A DNA stretch of 43,648 nucleotides, from IMG/VR virus record IMGVR_UViG_3300038701_000611, positions 1-43,648 of that record; one strand, given 5' to 3'. Origin of the DNA: a virus. The notes under the pieces are model-generated. The model searched no databases and had not been told where the DNA came from. It saw nothing but the letters and a program-made list of their open reading frames with translations. The first letter of the stretch is position 1; every line of letters starts with the position of its first letter. The translations under genes and the position numbers were made by a program. Below are positions 19,146-26,578 of this stretch, piece after piece.

Positions 19146-19435
19146 TTGGGAGCCCTTTCTGTGCATTGGGTTGAGGAGTAGCGGCCTCATTCCTCTTCCT
19201 GTCACAGAGGGGTGTCCGAGCGGTTCTCCCCCGCAGGGGATTGCCGACCGGGCCAACGATCTGGGAGTGGAGAGGGCCAAGCTGCCTAGCTAAGAAGCAG
19301 CACACGCTTGGCTCAGGTGGTTGGTTGGTCGGAAGGGCGGAACCCCGGCAGGACGCTGATGCGCTGTGCCGAGGCCCTATCAGTCCCGGTCGGTCACACC
19401 GGGCACACTAGTAGGTGGTTCGCATCCGGGTAGGA

Positions 19436-19511
19436 TGGTCGGACTGGCAGGACTCGAACCTGCGACCTCCCCTATATCGGTGGGGCGCTCTACCTGCTGA
19501 GCTACAGTCCA
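19436..19511 (-). tRNA. 76-nt tRNA; the anticodon reads GAU (Ile) if a 7-nt loop is assumed
   Basis: The minus strand reads TGGACTG-TA-GCTC-AGCAGGTA-GAGC-G-CCCCA-CCGATAT-AGGGG-AGGTC-GCAGG-TTCGAGT-CCTGC-CAGTCCG-A-CCA. This is a full cloverleaf with an encoded CCA. Non-canonical features are U1.G72, an A31/A39 mismatch and C33. Confidence 0.8.
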
Positions 19512-19603
19512 TTGGAAGGAGGGTTTGCTACGCTGGCCCCTCCGAGCCTCGATAGACCGGTGCCGTACAGCTATCCGGCTCTTACGGACCTTGACGCGGT
19601 CCA

Positions 19604-19648
19604 GACGAAAGAAGGCCCCCTCCAAGAACCACCAAGGAGAGGGCCTTC
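19604..19648 (-). terminator. Hairpin with a short U-tract upstream of the tRNA
   Basis: The minus strand reads GAAGGCCCTCTCC-TTGGTGGTTCTT-GGAGGGGGCCTTC followed by TTTCGTCT. It lies between the holin-like gene and the tRNA. Confidence 0.45.
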
Positions 19649-19718
19649 CATCCACACACACAAGGCCTGACCAAAGGCCCGTGAGTTTCTTAGGTATAAC
19701 GGGGGAACATGCTGAGGT

Positions 19719-20102
19719 CTAGCGGTTCCTGCCGGTCATCTTGTCCATGAACGGACGGACAATTTCCCGATACCCGAAGGCAGCGGAAACTGCGATGGCC
19801 ACGAAAGCGAGATACCACTCAGGTACTTCGGTCCCGAGGGCCGCAAAGCCGTCGATGACATACGGCTGTAGTGCTGGGATGAAGATGGCAACCAAGGGTG
19901 CCGCGAAGATCAGCGTCCACAGTTCGTCCTTCCAGCTCTTCCCAGAGTTGGAGGCTTGGATCATATCCCAATCCATGGCGTGCTGTGCGCGGGCCTGCTC
20001 GATTGCGATGTCAGCCTGCAGGCGTGCCGCTTGGCGTGCCCGCTGACCGGCGAACCAGTCTGTTGCCAGACCGAGGACGCCCTGTGCGATTTGACCCCAC
20101 AT
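19719..20102 (-). CDS. Membrane protein, possible GTA-type 3TM-like holin
   Basis: 127 aa. An amphipathic N-terminal segment (QRARQAARLQADIAIEQARAQ) is followed by hydrophobic helices (LWTLIFAAPLVAIFIPAL and WYLAFVAIAVSAAFGY). The architecture resembles the holin family seen in alphaproteobacterial GTAs and phages, as recalled from memory. Confidence 0.4.
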   Translation of the reverse strand: MWGQIAQGVLGLATDWFAGQRARQAARLQADIAIEQARAQHAMDWDMIQASNSGKSWKDELWTLIFAAPLVAIFIPALQPYVIDGFAALGTEVPEWYLAFVAIAVSAAFGYREIVRPFMDKMTGRNR

Positions 20103-20103
20103 C

Positions 20104-21003
20104 TTAGAAGTCCGAGATCGCTAGGCGCTTCTGCACCTGCTGGACGAAGCCGGGGTCACTCGAGTAACGAGGATCGCGCATGGCTTCCACCATCTCAGAG
20201 CGGTTGGCGAATGGTTGGACACCGTCACCGGCAGCGCCAGTTGCAGTGTTCAGGAGGTTCGGCTCGCCGTTGCCCATCTGGGCCTTCACCGCTTGGATCA
20301 TCATCGAGGAGGACGTGAAGTCTCCCTCAAGGATCGCAGCGTTGATGGAGTTGTTGAAGGCGTCCTGCTGCTCAGGAGAGAGGTTGTCGCTCCCCCACTT
20401 CACCAAGGCCTTGAACTCGTCCTCACCACCGGCAGCTGTGTAGAGCTGCTGGCCGCGAAGCGTCTGGGCGGCTTGAATGCCCTCAAGGTAACCTTCGGCG
20501 ATCTCGCGGGGAATGCCAGCCTTCTCGATGGCCTCGAACGACGCATCGGAAAGGGTGCCGTTCTCAGCGACTTCCTTGCCGAACGCCTCGAAGTCGAGAC
20601 CTTGGCCTTCTTCACCTTCGGCTTCACCTTCGGCTTCACCTTCGGCTTCACCTTCAGGATCACCTTCGGCTTCACCTTCAGGATCACCTTCGGCAGGCTC
20701 CTCGCCCATCTTAGGGACGCCGTTGTCTTCGGCAGGTGCTTCCTCGGCGGGTGCCTCTTCGGCAGGCTTTGAGCCGAGCTTGCTCTCGAGTTCCTTGTAG
20801 GCTTTCTCGAGGTCTTCTTGAGACTTGAACTTCCCAAGGATCAGCTCCTCGGCAGGCTCCTCAGTGGAGGGAGGGGTGCCTTCCATGCGGATCGTACCGG
20901 AGCCATCATCGGAGAAGTTGCTGTCCACGACGGTCGCCGGGGCACCGCCATCGCCGTTGAGGATGGCGTTCACGTCCGGTCCTACGGATACTGCGTCTGT
21001 CAT
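20104..21003 (-). CDS. Scaffolding protein (gp9 position)
   Basis: 299-aa acidic protein with the motif LGKFKSQEDLEKAYKELESKLG and a GEAEGDPEGEAEG low-complexity run. It has an ATGA overlap with the portal stop and lies between the portal and capsid genes. Confidence 0.7.
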   Translation of the reverse strand: MTDAVSVGPDVNAILNGDGGAPATVVDSNFSDDGSGTIRMEGTPPSTEEPAEELILGKFKSQEDLEKAYKELESKLGSKPAEEAPAEEAPAEDNGVPKMGEEPAEGDPEGEAEGDPEGEAEGEAEGEAEGEEGQGLDFEAFGKEVAENGTLSDASFEAIEKAGIPREIAEGYLEGIQAAQTLRGQQLYTAAGGEDEFKALVKWGSDNLSPEQQDAFNNSINAAILEGDFTSSSMMIQAVKAQMGNGEPNLLNTATGAAGDGVQPFANRSEMVEAMRDPRYSSDPGFVQQVQKRLAISDF

Positions 21004-22583
21004 TGCTGGTTCATGCCTTCTGCAGCTGCCTTACCCATGGCCGAAACAGCGGGGCCTACGCCCTTCGAGACTGCTTCTTGCATCATGGCTTGCTGCTGCG
21101 CTTGCTGTTGTTCCTGAGCTAACTTTTCGTCGCTCTTGATGAGACCCGTGACATCCACGCCATGGCCGTTAGCCAGACGCTGGATAAGCTCGCTGTCCTC
21201 GATCCGCTGGACTACCGCAGGGTTGGTCTGGGCAGCTTGGGTAAGGTCGGCGATGAAGCCACGGAGGCGTGTGAGGTCTTGGCCGCGTCCGAGGGCGTCG
21301 ATGCCCGTAACGACCATAGGCTCTACGGAGCCGGTGGGGAGTTTCGGAAGGTCGCCCTTACGTTCCAGCATTGCCATGAACCGCTTCGCGATGGGCAGCT
21401 GGAGTTCCTGAGCGAGGACCGAGTAGTAACCACCGAGGGTGTCCTCGATCTCCTGCGTCATGGTCTGGATTTCGAAGGCGGTCACCCGTTCACCGGGGCG
21501 CTGGGTCGAAGAGACCATGAGGAAGGATCGCATCAGCCTGTCGGTGACAGACGTCAGGACCCTCTCGGCAACCGAGAAGTCACCGGCCTTAGCGGCCTGA
21601 AGGGCGATCACGTCCTCCTGACGACCCGGCACGAAGTCTCCATTGGCGGAGTTCATGAGGTCGTCCTCGTCTGTCAGCCCGTTCGGGTTGACCAGCCAGA
21701 GTAGCTTGGAGGAGATCATGCCACCTTGGACGATAGCCTTGGTGAGGTCATTGGCGGACAGGAGGTCGCCGTACAGCTCTTCGACGTACGAGCGGCCATA
21801 GTCTTCGCCGTCAACGACGATCATACGGAGGGCGACCCAAGGAAGCGTCTCGGTCTTGTAGACCCCCCGAGTGCCGGGGACTTCCATTTCGTAGGCCTCT
21901 TGATAGGAGGTCCAGTTGTCGCCACGGGAGCGCTCGATCACGGTGTAGATCGTGACTTCGTCATCCTTGTCGTCCTTCGAAGAGACCTTACCGGCTGCCT
22001 TGGCTTTCGCTAGGTGACCCTCAGGGAGGGTGCGGCGGTCTACTACTTCCTTCACGACGATCTTCAGGAGGTTACCTGAGGCATCGCGGCGGACGACGTA
22101 CTTGTAGAGAGGGAAGGCGCGAGGCTTTTCCCCGATGTAGAGGAGGACGTTACCAGCCACGAGGAGGTGCTTGAGGACGGAGAAGAGGACCGTGCGGAGC
22201 GGGGTGCGCTCGATCTGGGTCACTGTCTCCTGCTCCATCGACTGGAGCGCTGCCTCGATCTCTGCCTTGAATGCCTCGGCCTCAGGGCCTTCCAACTGGA
22301 GCAGCTCTTCGCGTTCCTTCCGGCCCATGTTGAGCTTGAAGAAGGGGCTGTTAGGAGGGAGGAGGGTCAGCAGCATCTTGGCTGCCAGAGTGTTCACGCC
22401 GGTCGATCCAATGGACTGCCACGGCTGCTCTGTCTGGACATCTAGGTTTCGCTGCTCCTGCTCGCTCTCAAGGGGGATGAGCGTTGGGATGGTCAGCTTG
22501 GAACACTCGTGGGCACGGGTCAGGAACTGCTGACGGGGGGTCTGCCACTTCGAGTATTGTTGCTTTGCGGTGATCTCTGTCAT
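21000..22583 (-). CDS. Portal (head-tail connector) protein, T7 gp8-like
   Basis: 527-aa ORF, the first large gene of the structural block. Size and position match gp8. Confidence 0.85.
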   Translation of the reverse strand: MTEITAKQQYSKWQTPRQQFLTRAHECSKLTIPTLIPLESEQEQRNLDVQTEQPWQSIGSTGVNTLAAKMLLTLLPPNSPFFKLNMGRKEREELLQLEGPEAEAFKAEIEAALQSMEQETVTQIERTPLRTVLFSVLKHLLVAGNVLLYIGEKPRAFPLYKYVVRRDASGNLLKIVVKEVVDRRTLPEGHLAKAKAAGKVSSKDDKDDEVTIYTVIERSRGDNWTSYQEAYEMEVPGTRGVYKTETLPWVALRMIVVDGEDYGRSYVEELYGDLLSANDLTKAIVQGGMISSKLLWLVNPNGLTDEDDLMNSANGDFVPGRQEDVIALQAAKAGDFSVAERVLTSVTDRLMRSFLMVSSTQRPGERVTAFEIQTMTQEIEDTLGGYYSVLAQELQLPIAKRFMAMLERKGDLPKLPTGSVEPMVVTGIDALGRGQDLTRLRGFIADLTQAAQTNPAVVQRIEDSELIQRLANGHGVDVTGLIKSDEKLAQEQQQAQQQAMMQEAVSKGVGPAVSAMGKAAAEGMNQQ

Positions 22584-22586
22584 GGT

Positions 22587-22793
22587 TTAACCCATGCGCG
22601 GGATGTTGGTGCCTGCGCCCCCTGTAGCCTTCACGTCTGTACGAAGAGAGCGGCGAGAGCGGGCGGTGTTCTCACCCGGCTTGCCCCGAGAGGAGGGACG
22701 CTCGTTCATCTTCAGGTTCTCGGCGGTCGGCAAAGGGGCCGAAGGAGCCGCTGCAGGTGTCTTCTGCTTAGGCATCTTTGGAGTTGGACACAT
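22587..22793 (-). CDS. Small basic hypothetical protein
   Basis: The ATG at 22793 lies 8 nt after AGGAG and overlaps the upstream stop (TGATG). The product is 68 aa, rich in Pro, Lys and Arg. The start is uncertain; ATG 22775 is also possible. Confidence 0.4.
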   Translation of the reverse strand: MCPTPKMPKQKTPAAAPSAPLPTAENLKMNERPSSRGKPGENTARSRRSLRTDVKATGGAGTNIPRMG

Positions 22794-22963
22794 CAGCGGC
22801 GCTCCTGTTGTCGTTGATAATGATGTTTGATTAGGTCGATCACTTCCTGCTGACCTGCATGTTGCCCGAAACCAAATGCCCCCACATCGCTGCGGGGGCA
22901 CTTGTCGGGAAACTGCTTTTCAAGCTGAGTGATCAGACCATGAGGTATCTCTGGGAACTTCAT
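22793..22963 (-). CDS. Small hypothetical protein (56 aa, below the ORF-track cutoff)
   Basis: Hand translation gives MKFPEIPHGLITQLEKQFPDKCPRSDVGAFGFGQHAGQQEVIDLIKHHYQRQQERR. It starts about 13 nt downstream of the candidate promoter, and its stop overlaps the next ATG. Confidence 0.45.
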   Translation of the reverse strand: MKFPEIPHGLITQLEKQFPDKCPRSDVGAFGFGQHAGQQEVIDLIKHHYQRQQERR

Positions 22964-22975
22964 GTTCTCTACTCT

Positions 22976-22995
22976 CGATAACGCCGGGTTTTGGA
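22976..22995 (-). promoter_or_regulatory. Candidate phage RNA polymerase promoter ahead of the structural block
   Basis: The 20-mer CGATAACGCCGGGTTTTGGA is identical to 376-395. It is intergenic and points into the small-ORF and portal operon. Confidence 0.5.
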
Positions 22996-23003
22996 AAACC
23001 CTG

Positions 23004-23963
23004 TTATTTCTGGAGGAAACGGTGCCACGTCCAGCCTGCAGCTTCGCGGAGGAAAGCCTCTTTGTTGGTGTTGGTGAACACCTCTTGGGCCTTCAAGGCG
23101 TCGATGCTTCGCTCACTTGCGTGCGTGCGATCTGGGCAGAGGTCGGGGCGGTTCACGCGGATAAGCGACCCACCTAACTCGGCGATCACTTCAGCTTCGT
23201 TCGGGAACCGGACATCAGTGACCAACACAACCTTCCCGGCGAGGTCAGGATTACTCTGGATGTGGCGCTTAGTGAGGTCCGCCCAGATGTTCTCGTCGAT
23301 CAGCTCACGGCCCCATTCGGTGCCAAGGGTGACCATTGCACGGCGAGGGGTGGCACCGTTGAGAGGAGGCGCTGGGACTTCCTTGAGGTCACCCTCTACG
23401 CACTCCTCGATGGTAGCAGCATCCGCCCCGGCGTAGCGGAACATCGTGCGGAGCATATCCTTGAGGCAGTCAGCGAACTTCACGACAGCCACCTTGTCCT
23501 CACCGAGGACTTGGGTCACGACCTTTGCGAAGGTGTCCTTGCCGGAGCCTTTGTGGCCGGTGACGCCGATGATAGCTCGCGGTCCCGCCTGAGGACATAG
23601 AGATGCCACGGCTCCCAGACCAGTCGCGCCGCATTCGACCGCAGCGGTGGCAGCCTCTTCGCTGTCGAAGTCGTTGAGCCGATCTCGGGCTTCCGAGATG
23701 CTGTCGAGAGAGAGGTGGCGGGTCGAGGAGACGGCAAACGCTGGATCGACCATGAAGGTCTTGGCTCTAAGGCTTTCTGTGTTGATGATATTGTCAACAG
23801 TTGCCCGGACCTCTTCGTGGTCTCCGAGGGTTTCGTGGGCGTACATTCCTTTGAATGACATTCGGTTTCCTTCTGTGACATCAGGGTCTCTGCAGGTTTC
23901 GTTGGGGGCTGCCCCGCAGGTGAGGCAGCTCTCCCAGTTTTCAGGGCATGGTGGGATGTTCAT
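23004..23963 (-). CDS. Deoxynucleoside monophosphate kinase (T4 gp1-like) with an N-terminal extension
   Basis: It has the P-loop GVTGHKGSGKDT, then RRAMVTLGTEWGRELIDENIWADL and VLVTDVRFPNEAEVIAELGGSLIRVNRP...RTHASE, which parallel T4 gp1. The ATG at 23963 overlaps the upstream stop (ATGA). About 135 aa of unassigned N-terminal sequence includes a CPENWESCLTCG motif. Confidence 0.7.
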   Translation of the reverse strand: MNIPPCPENWESCLTCGAAPNETCRDPDVTEGNRMSFKGMYAHETLGDHEEVRATVDNIINTESLRAKTFMVDPAFAVSSTRHLSLDSISEARDRLNDFDSEEAATAAVECGATGLGAVASLCPQAGPRAIIGVTGHKGSGKDTFAKVVTQVLGEDKVAVVKFADCLKDMLRTMFRYAGADAATIEECVEGDLKEVPAPPLNGATPRRAMVTLGTEWGRELIDENIWADLTKRHIQSNPDLAGKVVLVTDVRFPNEAEVIAELGGSLIRVNRPDLCPDRTHASERSIDALKAQEVFTNTNKEAFLREAAGWTWHRFLQK

Positions 23964-24217
23964 CGTCGGGTTTGGCCGTCGAACAGGAACGCTGCGACCG
24001 GGACCACCCAGCCGGTCTTCGACGCAGGAGCCCAGCGGATGATCGCCACAAGCAGCCAGTAGGCTGGCCACAGAGCGGCCACGCGGACTGCCCGCCACCA
24101 GTCGCTTCGCCTCAGCCTGCCGCTGCCATCATCCAGAAGGAGGCCAATGATGAAGCCGAAGCTGAAGCCGGTCGCGATCAGGTCGAGCGCGATGGCAAGG
24201 ATCAGGACGGTGTCCAC
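23960..24217 (-). CDS. Small membrane protein
   Basis: 85 aa with at least two hydrophobic helices (VLILAIALDLIATGFSFGFIIGLLL and VAALWPAYWLLVAII). It is translationally coupled to both neighbouring genes. Confidence 0.5.
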   Translation of the reverse strand: MDTVLILAIALDLIATGFSFGFIIGLLLDDGSGRLRRSDWWRAVRVAALWPAYWLLVAIIRWAPASKTGWVVPVAAFLFDGQTRR

Positions 24218-24960
24218 GGGATCACCTCTCGTTTCTTGGGGTTATAGTCAGATGCTCGCAGTATCCGGGCGCAACGGGCCTGTGAGAGGGCGAAGGCCTC
24301 GTCGAAGCCTGCCTTCTCGTAGGCGGGGACCACCACCTCGTTCCACGCAGCAAGTACGTCCTCGACGGGGTCTGGAAGCATGTTCTCGGCTTTCTTGGGG
24401 CCGATCCCTCTGCATCCGGGGAACCCGTCTGTGGCGTCTCCCATGAGGGTCTGCTGCAGGTGGAATTGGTTGGCCTCCGCCTCGGTCACCTCGAAGAAGT
24501 GGTCTTGGCGGAAGTTGTAGTGGCGACCGGGGATGGTCTTCAGGTCCTTGTCGATGGTGATCGAGATCACATCACCGGCCCCCGGCATGGTCTGGAGGAT
24601 GCCTATGATGTCATCGCCCTCCAGCTTCGGACGGCGGTAACCGCGAGGGTCATTGGCGACCCGGTCGCGGAGGGGAGACACCAGCATCGGCTTCACGCCC
24701 GACTTACGGTTGGACTTGTAGTCCCCATAGAAATCGAAGCGGAAGTTCTCGGTGTCGGTCACACAGAGGACGACCTCATCGGCACCAACCTTCTCGGCCA
24801 GTACGTCGATGCTGTCGTTCAGCCGTGCCCATGCCTCGTCCATGTGAGCGTGGCGGGTCCAGAGGACTTCGCCATCGTCTCCGTAGGGCCACGGGATGGT
24901 CTTCTCACAGAGGCTTGCAGCCTCATAGATGATGATGTCGGCGTCGATCAAGGCCTTCAT
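24202..24960 (-). CDS. 5'-3' exonuclease (FEN/PIN type, T7 gp6-like role)
   Basis: 252 aa. It has MKALIDADIIIYEAAS ... YKSNRK ... GDDIIG ... GDATDGFPGCRGIGPKKA, typical of the 5'-3' exonuclease N- and C-terminal domains. Confidence 0.85.
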   Translation of the reverse strand: MKALIDADIIIYEAASLCEKTIPWPYGDDGEVLWTRHAHMDEAWARLNDSIDVLAEKVGADEVVLCVTDTENFRFDFYGDYKSNRKSGVKPMLVSPLRDRVANDPRGYRRPKLEGDDIIGILQTMPGAGDVISITIDKDLKTIPGRHYNFRQDHFFEVTEAEANQFHLQQTLMGDATDGFPGCRGIGPKKAENMLPDPVEDVLAAWNEVVVPAYEKAGFDEAFALSQARCARILRASDYNPKKREVIPWTPS

Positions 24961-25160
24961 GCGGTCTCTCCCTCAATTAGCTGGATGACGACGACCGAGT
25001 GGGCCGGGAAACCACAACGCTGCCCCTCATGTTCGATCACCAAGAAGCCGTCGTCGTTCAGGGTGAAAAGGAGGGTGGCTAGGTCCATCTTCGAGGAGAA
25101 CCTATAGGTCTCCACATGCGTCCCGCCTTGGGCGCGCAGGACGTATTGATGCCGGGTCAT
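24957..25160 (-). CDS. Hypothetical protein
   Basis: The ATG at 25160 lies 7 nt after GGAGG. The product is 67 aa (MTRHQYVLRAQGG...), and its stop overlaps the exonuclease start. Confidence 0.5.
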   Translation of the reverse strand: MTRHQYVLRAQGGTHVETYRFSSKMDLATLLFTLNDDGFLVIEHEGQRCGFPAHSVVVIQLIEGETA

Positions 25161-25261
25161 AGAGAAGCCTCCAATACAACGAGCGCTGTGAAGCAGAGGA
25201 AGATGATCAGGCCGAGGCCGGTGACGATCCACCAGTCAGGGTGTCGGTTCTCGATGGTCAT
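25157..25261 (-). CDS. Micro-ORF encoding a 34-aa hydrophobic peptide
   Basis: Hand translation gives MTIENRHPDWWIVTGLGLIIFLCFTALVVLEASL. It has ATGA overlaps at both ends with the flanking genes. Confidence 0.35.
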   Translation of the reverse strand: MTIENRHPDWWIVTGLGLIIFLCFTALVVLEASL

Positions 25262-25848
25262 TGGGAAGCCTCCTCGAAGGCAGCCGCCATGAGCGGATAG
25301 AGGGCGGTGATGTCCGCCCAAGCTGCACGCGCGAAGTCGGCGGCAGATGGGTGGGCACGGCGGGTTGCGGGGGTGAGGATCTGGTAGAGTTCCCAGAAGT
25401 CAGCCACGGTTCCAGCGATTGTAAGAGCGGTCGGGATGCCCAATGGCCGTGCGTGTGAGGCCTCGACCGGGTTCACACCGTTCTGGATCATGTCGGAGTA
25501 GACTTCACTGCCGCGCTGCTCGAGGGCCTCGCAGTCGTCCTCGTAGTCGATGGACTTCCGGTGGAACAGGTCAGGCTGATCGACGCGGTGGAACCCCTCG
25601 AAGATGACGGCTTCCTGCTCGGCCCCAACCCACGGCATGGCAGTGCCATTGAAGTGCCGCATGACGTTGATGGCGGCTGCAGTGGGGAGGGTGGTCGAGA
25701 AGATGACCTGACCAAGGCGGAAGGGGGCCATGTTGCGGGCCTCCAGTGCCTCGCGGAAGCGCGTGCGGGTGCGAAGGCCGCTGTCTTCCGTGGGGTCCAG
25801 ACCGAGGGCGAGCTGCGCTGCGATCTGGGGGGAGTTGAGATGGATCAT
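25258..25848 (-). CDS. Divergent ThyX-like (flavin-dependent thymidylate synthase fold) protein
   Basis: The ATG at 25848 lies 7 nt after AAGGA and has an ATGA overlap with the upstream gene. The layout APF...IFSTTLPTAAAINVMRH ... R.AHPSAADFARAAWADITALYP parallels ThyX from memory, but the canonical RHR...S..SxR motif is not intact. Confidence 0.35.
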   Translation of the reverse strand: MIHLNSPQIAAQLALGLDPTEDSGLRTRTRFREALEARNMAPFRLGQVIFSTTLPTAAAINVMRHFNGTAMPWVGAEQEAVIFEGFHRVDQPDLFHRKSIDYEDDCEALEQRGSEVYSDMIQNGVNPVEASHARPLGIPTALTIAGTVADFWELYQILTPATRRAHPSAADFARAAWADITALYPLMAAAFEEASQ

Positions 25849-26072
25849 GTCAATCCTTTCAGTGACCACAGGACCGCGAGGCCCTGCGGGGTGATGAGAT
25901 GTCGGTTGGCATAGGTGTTCGGCCCGATCCGCGTTGTGATCAGGTTCCTCTCGGTCGCCATCGAGACGACCGGGGCTTGCTCACGGGCAAGGTCCGACTT
26001 CGTGGTGAAGCCGCCCTGCCACGCTTGATCTAGGATTTGCACCAATGCCCCTAGGTGGGCTTGGTCTTCCAC
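25845..26072 (-). CDS. Hypothetical small protein
   Basis: 75-aa ORF with a GTG start directly after the DNA polymerase stop. It shows minus-strand coding bias. No family was recognised. Confidence 0.4.
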   Translation of the reverse strand: MEDQAHLGALVQILDQAWQGGFTTKSDLAREQAPVVSMATERNLITTRIGPNTYANRHLITPQGLAVLWSLKGLT

Positions 26073-26578
26073 TTAGTGGGTTTCCTTCCAGCTTGAGCCG
26101 GTGTCAGCCTCGCCTGCCAGAGGGCAGTTGAAGCCTAGTTGATTGCCCGCCTCCTCGATTGACCAGCAGGCCAGCTCACCGACACGGTCGGCGATCTCAG
26201 GGCGGACAGAGATTTGCATTTCGTCATGGACGTGGGCGACGAAGGCGAAGTCCTTGCCCCACTCGAAGCCTTCCTTGAGGAGGCGTTCGTAGAGGAGGAC
26301 AGGGGCCAGCTTCATTGCCACGGCACCGGCATTCTGCAAGAGCGAGTTGAGGGCAGCGTGTGACGACCGGATGGTGACCCGGCGTCCGTCGATCCCCTTG
26401 ATCCACCCCTTCTCAACAGCGGCCTTCTTGATGGCCTTGATGAGACCGGCGAGGCCGGGGGTGTTCTTGAGGAACTTCGACTTGAGGGCACGGCCCTTCT
26501 TGCGCTGCTCTTCCGCGTCTGCGGTGGGTGCCACGATGGAGCCGATCTTCTGATCGCCTGCACCGTATAGGAATGCAT
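26073..26578 (-). CDS. DNA polymerase (family A, T7 gp5-like), exon 2 / C-terminal segment
   Basis: It encodes ..FLYGAGDQKIGSIV..LKSKFLKNTPGL..IKGIDGRRV..HAALNSLLQNAGA..VAHVHDEMQ.., matching the T7 gp5 motif B tail through motif C to the C-terminus. Confidence 0.8.

Noticed and set aside
19205-19260. tRNA-like D-arm sequence GGTGTCCGAGCGGTT on the plus strand in the capsid leader
   Set aside because: No acceptor stem, anticodon arm or T-arm (GTTCRANYC) could be built around it on either strand. It is probably a chance match or, at most, a tRNA remnant.
19146-19280. N-terminal extensions suggested by the ORF track, such as capsid from 19280, SSB from 33809, endonuclease I from 33214, lysozyme from 32197, DNA polymerase from 28830 and dNMP kinase from 24098
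   Set aside because: The extensions are Arg/Pro/Ser-rich and show no resemblance to the T7 homologues. Internal ATG or GTG codons with RBSs, or with overlapping stops, align with the known N-termini. The shorter starts were used.
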